The position numbers and the translations under genes are program-made. Below the pieces are notes generated by a model that was not told where the DNA came from, did no database searches, and saw nothing but the letters and a program-made list of their open reading frames with translations. Below, in pieces: positions 9,775 to 19,261 of a DNA stretch of 64,000 bases. The stretch is from positions 1,705-65,704 of the forward strand of contig CAYTUQ010000002.1 of NCBI GenBank assembly GCA_964441235.1. The letters run 5' to 3'. Position 1 is the first letter of the stretch. Every line of letters starts with the position of its first letter. Source of the stretch: an uncultured bacterium (GTDB lineage Bacteria; Fidelibacterota; UBA2242).

Positions 9775-10056
9775 ATGTTAGTAAACGCCTCCGAAAAAAA
9801 ATATGAAGAAGAACAAAAGATTCAATGGCTCAGGAGATATTCTGATCTTGTTGTAAATAAATTAAGATCTGAAGATTTTACTGAAATAGAAGCTGCTGAA
9901 TTCCTTGAGTCAGTTAAACGAGAAATTCTGGAGCGATTTCCTGATAAAGAAGAGCAATATAACATAATTTATGAAAGGCGTTTTAAGAGGATTCTTCTAA
10001 AAAAAGGAATTTGCCTCAAACTTTACTCTGAAAATAGCACGAATGATTATAACTAA
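9775..10056 (+). CDS. Hypothetical protein
   Basis: 93-aa ORF in the gap between co-oriented genes. No recognisable motif. Confidence 0.4.
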   Translation: MLVNASEKKYEEEQKIQWLRRYSDLVVNKLRSEDFTEIEAAEFLESVKREILERFPDKEEQYNIIYERRFKRILLKKGICLKLYSENSTNDYN

Positions 10057-10076
10057 AAATTATTTGGAGGGTGGAA

Positions 10077-10643
10077 ATGGATAGAGAAAAAGCATGGAAT
10101 CTTTTATGCAAGTACACAAAAACTGAAAGTTTAAGAAAACATGCTCTTGCTGTCGAAGCAGCTATGCGTTACTATGCCGATTTTTATGGTGAAGATGTTG
10201 AACTTTGGGGGATAACAGGTCTGCTACATGACTTTGACTATGAGAAATATCCCGATGAGAAAAATCACCCTTATCGTGGAAATGAAATTCTTGAAAAGGA
10301 AGGTTATCCAGAAGAAATGCGCCATGCAATAATGGGGCATGCTTCATATACCGGGGTAACGAGAGACTCACTAATGGCAAAAGCGCTTTTCGCTGTTGAT
10401 GAACTTACAGGTTTTATAATTGCTGTTGCATTGGTTCGACCCTCTAAAAGTATCCTTGATGTGAAGCCGAAATCAGTGAAGAAAAAATTTAAGACAAAAG
10501 CTTTTGCGGCTAAAGTGAGTCGAGAAGAAATCAAACAGGGAATTGAGGAACTGGGCGTTGATGAAACCGAACATATTCAGAGAGTTATTGATGCACTCAA
10601 AACTATCGCAGATGATCTCGGTCTTGCAGGAGTAAAGGAATAA
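10077..10643 (+). CDS. HD-domain metal-dependent phosphohydrolase
   Basis: ATG at 10077 follows GGAGGG. KHALAVE...LLHDFDYEKY...GHASYTG gives the H...HD...H pattern of HD/HDIG hydrolases. Confidence 0.8.
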   Translation: MDREKAWNLLCKYTKTESLRKHALAVEAAMRYYADFYGEDVELWGITGLLHDFDYEKYPDEKNHPYRGNEILEKEGYPEEMRHAIMGHASYTGVTRDSLMAKALFAVDELTGFIIAVALVRPSKSILDVKPKSVKKKFKTKAFAAKVSREEIKQGIEELGVDETEHIQRVIDALKTIADDLGLAGVKE

Positions 10644-10645
10644 TA

Positions 10646-10915
10646 ATGAAAAAATGTAGATATTGCGGACATATTTTAGAAGAAGATGTGCTGCTTTGTC
10701 CTAATTGTGGACGTCGAATATATTTAAAGCGGTTTTACAGGTCCAGGAATGACAGGAAATTTTTAGGTATCTGCGGCGGGCTTGGAGAATATTTTGGAAT
10801 TGATTCAAACTTAATTCGTGTTATTGTCGCTTTAATTATTCTATGGACGGGAGTGTTACCCGGTTTTATTGTTTACTTTATACTTGGTGTCATAATTCCT
10901 TATTCAGATGAGTGA
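10646..10915 (+). CDS. PspC-domain protein with N-terminal zinc ribbon
   Basis: CRYCGH...CPNCG zinc ribbon, then RSRNDRKFLGICGGLGEYFGIDSNLIRVIVAL (PspC domain) and a TM helix. Confidence 0.8.
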   Translation: MKKCRYCGHILEEDVLLCPNCGRRIYLKRFYRSRNDRKFLGICGGLGEYFGIDSNLIRVIVALIILWTGVLPGFIVYFILGVIIPYSDE

Positions 10916-11520
10916 AGTATCCCGGCATATTCTCAATATCACCCTAAACAGTATTGAATATTGAATAATGAACAGGGAATAATGAATTTTGAAGTTTTTT
11001 AAAATTAAAAGTTGTATTCTGAATGATTTGCTCTTCTTTATTCGACGTTCGTTGTTCGATATTCATCATTCAAAAGCACATTTATAAAAATTTGTGCCAC
11101 TTCGACTTCGCTCGGAGACCCGTCTGTCGTCAGGGCATTCTTTGTGCCTCGTATACTAAAAGTGGTCTTATTCATGGGTAGAAGAGATTTTAAAAATCTG
11201 TATCTTATTCTCTTTGATTATTACTTCTTATTTAAGAACAAGTTGAAAATCCCAAGTTGTCGGGGGATCAACGATTTTAAATTTTAGATGTTATCCATTC
11301 TCCCTCCTGCTCACTTACTCACTTGACTTTTAGTATAGTATCTCGTGGCTAATAACATCTCAAATATATATTGTTAAAATCGTAAATTTTAAGTAATATT
11401 CAGAGCATTGAAAATTGATTTTCATCTCATGATAAAAACTATCAGAAGGGTTTGGATGAATTAAATTATTTAATCAGCCAATACTCTGAATAGATAAAAA
11501 GATTTTATTGGAAGACTGTT

Positions 11521-14040
11521 TTGACTAAAAATATTCACTCTATCAATTATGATAGAGAGATTTTGCCTTTTGTGGAAAAGCCCGGTCGTTATGTAGGGCA
11601 TGAATTTAATATACAGCATAAAGACCTTTCAAAGGTAAAAGCATCTATTGTGCTTGGCTATCCTGACCTGTACGATGTCGGCATGTCTTATCATGGATTT
11701 CAGATACTTTATCATATTCTAAACAAAGACCGAGAAATAGCTGGAGAGCGTGTTTATGCTCCATGGCCGGATTTTGAAAAGCAACTCAGAAAGCATTCTG
11801 TTCCTTTATACAGCCTTGAGTCTTATACTTCTCTTCGCCAATTTGATATAGTAGGATTTACACTTCCTTATGAACTTACATTTACGAATATTCTGAATAT
11901 GCTGGATCTTTCCGGGATCCCGATATGGTCATACCAGCGGAAAGTAGATGATCCTTTTGTCATTGCAGGTGGGGTTGGGGCTTATAATCCGGAACCATTA
12001 GCTCCTTTTATTGACTTCTTCGTTATTGGAGATGCTGAGGAGGTAATAGTATCAATAGTGAAATTTGTTGCTGATAAACGAAGAAAAAAAGTGCCGCGCA
12101 TTGAGATTCTTAAAGAGCTGACTTACAGATTTCCCGGTATATACGTTCCTGCTCTTTATGAAATTGATATGGAAGAAAAGGACCTATTAAATCCAGCTCA
12201 TCCAATATTTGAGTATGTTCCTGAAAAAGTGAAATCTCTTAGAGTTTCAAAGCTTTTACCTGATTTTTACCCGGATTTTCCTATCATGCCGCTTGTTGAA
12301 ATTGTGCAGGATCGTCTGGTGATTGAGATTATGCGTGGATGTACACAAGGATGTAGGTTTTGCCAGGCAGGTATGATCTATAGACCTGTTAGGGAGCGAC
12401 CTTATAAAGACCTCGTAGACCAAATTCAGAAATCACTACCGAAAACTGGTTATAACGATATATCTTTGCTTTCTCTTTCTACATCAGATTATACAGGATT
12501 AGATAATCTTGCTAGCAAAGTTTTAGATAATTTGATTGCTCAGCATATATCAATTTCTCTCCCATCCCTTCGGCTTGATAGTTTTACTGAGAGAATAACA
12601 AAGTTGGCTAAGCAGACACGGAAGTCAGGATTAACATTTGCTCCTGAAGCTGGATCCTCAAGACTCAGGCATGTTATTAATAAAAATGTTACAGATGAGG
12701 ATTTGTTACAATCTACAGAAATAGCATTGCGGAATGGTTGGAGATTAATAAAACTCTACTATATGTTAGGTCTTCCAACAGAGACTGAAGCTGACATTGA
12801 TGCTGTTATTGAGCTTTCAGGAAAGGTTCTTCAAATTGGAAAGGGGAGACTTTCTCTCAATGTAACGCTTTCGACATTTATTCCTAAGCCGTTTACTCCC
12901 TTTCAATGGGAAGAACAAGATTCTGTGGAAAAGATCCAGAACAAACTGGACTTTGTAAAACCTGAACTCAGGTCGCTAAGAAAAATAAAAGTGATGGCTC
13001 GTGATCCTATATGCTCACAAATAGAAGGCGTGATTTCAAGGGGCGATAGAAGAATAGCAAATGTAATATTTGAGGCATGGAAACATGGTGCAAAGTTCGA
13101 TTCCTGGCATAAATATTTTTCAGCTGAAGTCTGGGACACTGCTTTTAAGAAAGCTGGCGTTGATTCTCAAAAATACATATCAGAAAGAAAAGAGGATAAA
13201 GCCTTATCATGGGATATTATAGACCCTTTAATAAGTAAAAAGTATCTTCTTAGTGAACGAGAAAAATCATATATGGGTGAGATAACACCTGACTGCCGCA
13301 ATGGATGTACCGGATGCGGTGTTTGTAAACCTAACATTTTGGATATGATAATTGTTGGCGGTAATAAGGGGACAACATCTGATAATCTTATTGAGAAAAA
13401 TGATAAAGAGGTTGAACCTGTAAAATACCGCCTGAAATATCGAAAAGGAAAGGAGATGAAATTTACATCACAGCTCGATATACTTCGAATATTTCAACAA
13501 GCTTTTAGGAGAGCTAAATTGAACCTTATCTATTCCCAGGGGTTTAATAAAAGGCCAAAGATTTCTACGGGTTTTTCACTACCTCTTGGATACACTTCAG
13601 AGGAAGAATATATCGAAATAACCTTAAAGAATAGAGTTCCTGAGCTATGTGAATGTATTAATGATAATCTTCCTAATGGTTTAAAAGTTATCAATTCTTT
13701 AGAAATACCATTAAAATCTCCTGCAATCTCCAGTTTAACTAATGGAATAGATTATGAAGTGACTTTTTATGCTGAATTGCCGCGAAATATTGATGATGCC
13801 ATAAATAATTTGTTGTTTAAGAAAGAACTTGCTATCAGCAGGAAGCGAGGTGAAGAAACAAAGCGAATTGATATTCGTAAATATATCAGTTCTATTTCAA
13901 GAAAAGATCGAAAATTACTTGTAAAAGTAAATGTAGAAGATGGGAAAACTGTAAGAATAATTGAGATACTTAAGAAATTAAATATAGAGAAATTTCCCAC
14001 TCAGGTACATAGATTAAAAACATATTTAAAAGAGTTATAA
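11521..14040 (+). CDS. B12-binding-domain radical SAM protein fused to a DUF2344-like domain (TIGR03960/TIGR03936 type)
   Basis: 839 aa, TTG start. MRGCTQGCRFCQAG is a CX3CX2C cluster. The C-terminal third (YRLKYRKGKEMKFTSQLDILRIFQQAFRRA) resembles DUF2344. Conserved position upstream of RNase G/E. Confidence 0.8.
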   Translation: MTKNIHSINYDREILPFVEKPGRYVGHEFNIQHKDLSKVKASIVLGYPDLYDVGMSYHGFQILYHILNKDREIAGERVYAPWPDFEKQLRKHSVPLYSLESYTSLRQFDIVGFTLPYELTFTNILNMLDLSGIPIWSYQRKVDDPFVIAGGVGAYNPEPLAPFIDFFVIGDAEEVIVSIVKFVADKRRKKVPRIEILKELTYRFPGIYVPALYEIDMEEKDLLNPAHPIFEYVPEKVKSLRVSKLLPDFYPDFPIMPLVEIVQDRLVIEIMRGCTQGCRFCQAGMIYRPVRERPYKDLVDQIQKSLPKTGYNDISLLSLSTSDYTGLDNLASKVLDNLIAQHISISLPSLRLDSFTERITKLAKQTRKSGLTFAPEAGSSRLRHVINKNVTDEDLLQSTEIALRNGWRLIKLYYMLGLPTETEADIDAVIELSGKVLQIGKGRLSLNVTLSTFIPKPFTPFQWEEQDSVEKIQNKLDFVKPELRSLRKIKVMARDPICSQIEGVISRGDRRIANVIFEAWKHGAKFDSWHKYFSAEVWDTAFKKAGVDSQKYISERKEDKALSWDIIDPLISKKYLLSEREKSYMGEITPDCRNGCTGCGVCKPNILDMIIVGGNKGTTSDNLIEKNDKEVEPVKYRLKYRKGKEMKFTSQLDILRIFQQAFRRAKLNLIYSQGFNKRPKISTGFSLPLGYTSEEEYIEITLKNRVPELCECINDNLPNGLKVINSLEIPLKSPAISSLTNGIDYEVTFYAELPRNIDDAINNLLFKKELAISRKRGEETKRIDIRKYISSISRKDRKLLVKVNVEDGKTVRIIEILKKLNIEKFPTQVHRLKTYLKEL

Positions 14041-14062
14041 AAGATTTTAACAGGATTTTACA

Positions 14063-15616
14063 ATGGACAAGACAATACTTATTAGTGAAACATCAAAAGA
14101 GACAAGAATAGCCATTCTTGAAAATGAAGATTTAGTAGAATTCTTTGTTGAGAAACCGGGAAGAACAAGAATGGTTGGCAATATTTACAAAGGAAAAGTT
14201 GAAAATGTTGTGCAGGGAATTCAAGCTGCTTTTATTGATATTGGTGATACTCAGAATGCATTTCTCCCTTTTTCGGAGATAGGTGACCCAACATCGGTTA
14301 CTACGATGATGGAAAGTATAAGTCATGATGATGAAGAGGACAGAGAAGAAAAGAAAGGTCTAAAACCTCGCAGACGTAGAGTTCCTCAAACTGGAGAAAT
14401 TAATCTAATAAAAGGACAGGATGTACTTGTACAGGTGATTAAAGAACCTTTCGGTACAAAAGGAGCTAGAGTTACAACTGATATCTCTATTCCCGGAAGA
14501 TTTCTTGTACTTGTTCCAGATGTTGATTTTATCGGAATTTCAAAAAAGATATATAACGTCTCTGAAAAAAAGCGTCTGAGAAGGATTGCGGATTCAATAA
14601 GACCTAAAAATTTTGGTCTGATCATAAGAACAATTACTAAGGGGAAAGATAAAAAAACACTAAATGCTGAACTTCAAAATTTGATGAAAATATGGCACGG
14701 CATAGAGGAGAATGTAAAAGAAAAAACCGCACCAATTTGTGTTTATAGCGATATGGAAATGGCAGCATCTGTTATTCGTGACCTGCTTACTCCAGATGTA
14801 AATAAAATCATTGTTGATACTAAGTATCTGTATAAAAATTTACATGCATATATTAAGTCAGTATCACCAGAATTTATTGATAAACTAAAATATTACCATT
14901 CGAGAAATCCTCTTTTTGAGCAAAATAATATTGAAAAGGAATTTGAAAAATCCCTTGATAAAAAAGTCTGGCTGAAAAGTGGTGGATTTATCGTAATTGA
15001 ACATACTGAAGCAATGGCTACAATTGATGTAAATAGTGGAAAATTTATAGGGAAAAAAGACCACGAAAAGAATTCATTAAAGATTGATCTCCAGGCAGCA
15101 AAAGAGATCGCCAGGCAGCTCAGACTTCGCGATATCGGTGGATTGATTGTAATTGATTTTATTGATATGGAAGAGGAGGAAAATAAAAAGAAAATATATC
15201 AGGAACTTGAACGTGAATTGAAAAAAGATAGAGCAAAAGTATCTTTGTCCCCAATTTCGGAATTTGGTCTACTCGAAATGACACGGCAGAGAGTTCGCGT
15301 AAATCTATTATATACTGTAAGTGAGGAGTGTCCAACATGTCATGGCTCAGGTCGAATTACTTCAAAAGAGTCTTTAGTAACTAAAATTGAAAGCTGGTTT
15401 AGACGCTTTAAAGTAAAGTCTAAAGAAAGAAGGTTGCATTTGCATGTTCAACCCGAAATTGCAGAGTATCTTAGAAAATCAACCGGGAACCTACTTAAAA
15501 GAATACAGTTGATAAATTTACTCCGGATAAAAATTTACGAAGATTCTTCAGTAAATATTAATGAGTTTAGAGTGTTTTCTGTAAAAACAGGAAAAGATAT
15601 TACTGATGAATATTAG
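14063..15616 (+). CDS. Rne/Rng-family ribonuclease (RNase G/E)
   Basis: N-terminal S1 domain (GNIYKGKVENVVQGIQAAFIDIG), catalytic core (TEAMATIDVNSGKF, GGLIVIDFIDM) and Zn-link CPTCHGSG. Confidence 0.9.
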   Translation: MDKTILISETSKETRIAILENEDLVEFFVEKPGRTRMVGNIYKGKVENVVQGIQAAFIDIGDTQNAFLPFSEIGDPTSVTTMMESISHDDEEDREEKKGLKPRRRRVPQTGEINLIKGQDVLVQVIKEPFGTKGARVTTDISIPGRFLVLVPDVDFIGISKKIYNVSEKKRLRRIADSIRPKNFGLIIRTITKGKDKKTLNAELQNLMKIWHGIEENVKEKTAPICVYSDMEMAASVIRDLLTPDVNKIIVDTKYLYKNLHAYIKSVSPEFIDKLKYYHSRNPLFEQNNIEKEFEKSLDKKVWLKSGGFIVIEHTEAMATIDVNSGKFIGKKDHEKNSLKIDLQAAKEIARQLRLRDIGGLIVIDFIDMEEEENKKKIYQELERELKKDRAKVSLSPISEFGLLEMTRQRVRVNLLYTVSEECPTCHGSGRITSKESLVTKIESWFRRFKVKSKERRLHLHVQPEIAEYLRKSTGNLLKRIQLINLLRIKIYEDSSVNINEFRVFSVKTGKDITDEY

Positions 15617-15692
15617 ACTTGACAAATCTCAATGGAATACATAAATTCACCAGCTTTTTTAAAGAGGAAAGTAAGAGAGTCTTATGGAAAAA

Positions 15693-16118
15693 ATGAATTA
15701 CGCTATCGCAGAAATTGCAGGTCAACAGGTTATTTTAGAGCCCGGGAAAAAGGTTTCGGTACCGAAGATTGATGTTGAAGAGGGAACTAAATATACTGCG
15801 GACAAAATTCTTTATATTCGACAGGATGGAAAAGTAAAAATTGGGAAACCTTATGTCAGAGGTGTCTCTGTCGAAACTGTTGTTAAAAAGCACAAACGAG
15901 CAGATAAGATAATTGTATTTAAAAAGAAACGTAGAAAAGGATACAAAGTAAAACGTGGACATCGTCAACCTTTCTGTGTACTTGAAGTAGGTGAGTTCAA
16001 AACAGGGGCAAAAAAAAAGCAGACAAAAAAGGCGGTTTCAAAAGTAAAGCCTAAGCCCGAAGAAGCACAAGTCGAGAAATTAAATGAGAATATAGGAGCT
16101 GATAAAAATGGCACATAA
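15693..16118 (+). CDS. rplU: 50S ribosomal protein L21 with Lys-rich C-terminal extension
   Basis: [18 protein letters not shown]...[23 protein letters not shown] is the canonical L21 sequence. Directly upstream of rpmA. Confidence 0.9.
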   Translation: MNYAIAEIAGQQVILEPGKKVSVPKIDVEEGTKYTADKILYIRQDGKVKIGKPYVRGVSVETVVKKHKRADKIIVFKKKRRKGYKVKRGHRQPFCVLEVGEFKTGAKKKQTKKAVSKVKPKPEEAQVEKLNENIGADKNGT

Positions 16119-16359
16119 AAAAGGTGTTGGAAGTTCAAGAAACGGTCGAGATAGCAATGCTCAGAGGTTAGGTATAAAACGATTCGGTGGACAAAATGTT
16201 ACCGCTGGCTCTATCATAGTCCGTCAACGAGGCACAAGAATCCACCCCGGAGATAATGTCGGTGTTGGTGGTGATTACACACTTTTTGCTCTTATTGATG
16301 GTACAGTAAAGTTTGGAAGAAAAGGACGTGACAGGAAAATAGTCAGTATTGTAGCTTAA
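16108..16359 (+). CDS. rpmA: 50S ribosomal protein L27
   Basis: [29 protein letters not shown]...[13 protein letters not shown] is the canonical L27 sequence. Confidence 0.95.
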   Translation: MAHKKGVGSSRNGRDSNAQRLGIKRFGGQNVTAGSIIVRQRGTRIHPGDNVGVGGDYTLFALIDGTVKFGRKGRDRKIVSIVA

Positions 16360-16363
16360 ATAC

Positions 16364-16423
16364 ATCCCGCAATTTCAGTAAAGGGTTCCTCCCACTTACC
16401 CTTATATTTTGCGGGATTTTTAT
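16364..16423 (+). terminator. Putative intrinsic terminator after rpmA
   Basis: ATCCCGCAA (16364-16372) pairs with TTGCGGGAT (16409-16417), followed by TTTTAT. The loop is unusually long (36 nt) with an inner AAGGG/CCCTT stem. Confidence 0.4.
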
Positions 16424-16477
16424 ATTCTTAGCAAATGCAATAATCCCTGGAGGATTCTTTACATGATGAATCGGGAT

Positions 16478-16572
16478 CGTCTCTAAGAGACCTCTGTCCC
16501 AAAGGGATCTCTTCGAGACGAGGCAATGACAGCTAATTCAGACTTTTTATCTCATGGAGATCCCATTGGGAC
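16478..16572. repeat. 95-bp GC-rich palindromic-module repeat, copy A
   Basis: CGTCTCTAAGAGACCTCTGTCCCAAAGGGATCTCTTCGAGACGAGGCAATGACAGC... Its reverse complement recurs at 26718-26812 with about 3 mismatches by manual alignment. A partial third copy lies at 22201-22224. Confidence 0.85.
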
Positions 16573-16738
16573 GAATTCATCAATTTTGTTTCAAAAACAT
16601 AATTTGCAATTTAGACTATTCCATATACTATGTTCAAAAAAAGAAGTATTAACAATCATTATTAGTGAATCTTTTGCAAAATTAATATAGTCTAAAATTT
16701 ACCTTTCGAAAGTACCCTCTTTTACTCTCGACTTTCGC

Positions 16739-18025
16739 TTACCCCTTTAAATCCTTATTTATTTCACCAGCCTTTTCTAAACCAATTTTAGTCAATATAG
16801 GACCGATAATCTCAAAGAAAATACAGGTTGCGGTAACAATAGTTATTACTATTGCACCAAGTTTATCTCCTGAAGTAATATTAGTGCCATTAACAACTTC
16901 TACAATTTTGCCAAGCCCTTTGAATTCATGCTTAACAATTAGAGCTAAACCAATAGCAACACCTGCCTGAGATAAAATCCCCAACCCAAGATATTTTCTT
17001 ATTTTATCTTCAGCCTTACCAACTATTGCACCTATTTTTGCACCTGCGATGAGCCCACCTGAACGAGTTAAAACATATACAATTCCTAAAATCCCAAGTG
17101 AAGGTAGAACATTTAAATGAAGATTAGCTCCCGCCAAGGTGAAAAACAAAATAAATAACAAAGGCATAACAAGTGGTAATCTATCATGTATTTTTTGAAG
17201 TAATGAATGAGACTGGGTATTGACAACTATCATTCCAAATACCATATTTGTAAGAATGAGAGAAAGATGAAAAACTGTACAAATCCCATTTGAAGCAAGA
17301 ATAAATCCAAATATTAAAATTAAAATATCCCCGGCATTCTGCAACTTCCTTGTCAATAAAGAAAATATTGTTGCTATGATTCCACCAAGTAAAAAACTAA
17401 ATATAATTTCTTTGAATGGATAAAGCATCATTGACCAGAAATTCTCAGAAACCGCACCGGTTTCCCGCAAAAGAACAGCGCGGACAATAGCCGCAGCAAA
17501 TCCAAAAATAATTATCCCCAAACCGTCATCAAAGCCAACTACGGCATAAAGCGCTTTAGTTAAGCTCCCTTTTGCTTTATATTCCTGTATCACGGCAACC
17601 GTACCAGCCGGAGCGCTTGCAGGAGCAATTGCAGCAAAAATTAATGCAAGTGGTAAATTGCGAGTCAGTAAATATAATCCTGAAAATACCAATATAAATG
17701 CTCCAAAGGACTCAGCAAAAATAATGTAAATGATACTAATACCTAATTTTTTTAATGAAGAAAATTTAAGTTCCAGTCCAATACTAAATGCAACAAAACC
17801 TAAAGCTATTTCAGTAATAAATGATAACTGCTCCTGCAGTCCGTCGCTCATTATGTTTAAAATTGATGGACCTAAAATAACACCCAAAAGCATATAACCT
17901 ATTATTGATGGCAATTTTATAAACTTCATATTACGGCCAAAGTAAAATCCGAATATAATCGTAAGCCCAATCAATAATATTATCGGCATCGTAAAGTCAT
18001 TTAAATAGTTTATTAACCCCTCCAT
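16739..18025 (-). CDS. Cation:proton antiporter (Na+/H+ exchanger family)
   Basis: 428 aa, about 12 TM helices. N-terminal region LPSIIGYMLLGVILGPS is typical of CPA-type Na_H_Exchanger proteins. Confidence 0.8.
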   Translation of the reverse strand: MEGLINYLNDFTMPIILLIGLTIIFGFYFGRNMKFIKLPSIIGYMLLGVILGPSILNIMSDGLQEQLSFITEIALGFVAFSIGLELKFSSLKKLGISIIYIIFAESFGAFILVFSGLYLLTRNLPLALIFAAIAPASAPAGTVAVIQEYKAKGSLTKALYAVVGFDDGLGIIIFGFAAAIVRAVLLRETGAVSENFWSMMLYPFKEIIFSFLLGGIIATIFSLLTRKLQNAGDILILIFGFILASNGICTVFHLSLILTNMVFGMIVVNTQSHSLLQKIHDRLPLVMPLLFILFFTLAGANLHLNVLPSLGILGIVYVLTRSGGLIAGAKIGAIVGKAEDKIRKYLGLGILSQAGVAIGLALIVKHEFKGLGKIVEVVNGTNITSGDKLGAIVITIVTATCIFFEIIGPILTKIGLEKAGEINKDLKG

Positions 18026-18038
18026 TCCAGACCTTTAT

Positions 18039-18851
18039 TTAAATGTTAAGTGAGCCATTGAAATAAAAAACATCGTGTACTAAAACCAAAATGCCTGATT
18101 TTTCCTCTAAGTCCTCAATAACCATATTGATTCTTCTCAATACTTCATTTGAAAGGGATTTTTTTACTCCGGCAATTATTACTCTGCTGAAACCCTTATC
18201 TTTATCGCTCCAAAAACTTGAAAAAAGAGGTAGCGAATAAAGATACTTACTTGCATCATTGGCTTCAATAACAGTAACTGAACATTCATCGGTCTCGGTA
18301 AATATTTCAAGTATGTCATTAAATTTTTCTTCCAGTTGAATAACCACATAAAACAGACTATACTCCTTTGTTTCTTTAACTTCTTCCTCGATAACTGTAT
18401 GACGTAAAAAACTTTCACGAACAACTGAAGGACTTTTCCCTGATAACATTTCATTCACCTTTTCCGGATCGCGTAAGACACTGGAGATTTTAGATAATAA
18501 CCGTATGTGCTCGTTTCTCCTATCATTCGGCACAACAATAAAAACAAACAGTTCTGTTTTTTTTCTATCTAATGATTCGAAATCTACACCGTCAGGAACT
18601 GTTATAATGCCTATTACAAAATCAGATATTCCGTCTAAAGCACAATGTGGAATAGCAATATAATTACCAAATCCAGTTGAGCCTAATTTCTCTCGATCCT
18701 GTAATCCTTGTAAAATTTCATCTTCACTTTTATTGTCAAGTATGGAATTCCTTTTGGATAATTTCGCAATTTCTTTCAAAACTGAAATCTTATCAGAAGG
18801 TTTAAAATCGACTCGAATACATTCTTCGTGTAAAATTTCATATAAATTCAT
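18039..18851 (-). CDS. PTS EIIA type-2 (PtsN/EIIA-Ntr-like) domain protein with uncharacterised C-terminal domain
   Basis: GSTGFGNYIAIPHCAL contains the EIIA-2 active-site His context. The C-terminal ~120 aa has no motif I recognise. 13 nt upstream of the antiporter gene on the same strand. Confidence 0.7.
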   Translation of the reverse strand: MNLYEILHEECIRVDFKPSDKISVLKEIAKLSKRNSILDNKSEDEILQGLQDREKLGSTGFGNYIAIPHCALDGISDFVIGIITVPDGVDFESLDRKKTELFVFIVVPNDRRNEHIRLLSKISSVLRDPEKVNEMLSGKSPSVVRESFLRHTVIEEEVKETKEYSLFYVVIQLEEKFNDILEIFTETDECSVTVIEANDASKYLYSLPLFSSFWSDKDKGFSRVIIAGVKKSLSNEVLRRINMVIEDLEEKSGILVLVHDVFYFNGSLNI

Positions 18852-19261
18852 AACCTACCCCCAATGAAAAAAGGTTCATTAATAATAGTACTTATTGCAA
18901 AATACATTATAATCGTAATTATTTAGAAAAAATAACCCTATATTTACAAATCGAGTAATAATGAAAAGTAACAAACAGTAAAAGCAAAAAATAGGGCATT
19001 AACAACAAGCAATAGAAATTTACCATATTATTGGCAAAGAATTCAAGATACTTTGTTTTGCGAATGACAATGATAATCTAAGAAATTTACAGAAAAACGA
19101 AATCAATCATAGTTTATTTCACTATCAATTGTATCACTGGATTTTTTATATGTAGGCAGACCCAATTCATTGTTTTGATAATAAAAATATGTGTTTAATT
19201 TTAACCGGATTCTTTGAATGGATGATAAATAAAATTAAAATCGAGGTAAAGGCATAAAAAT

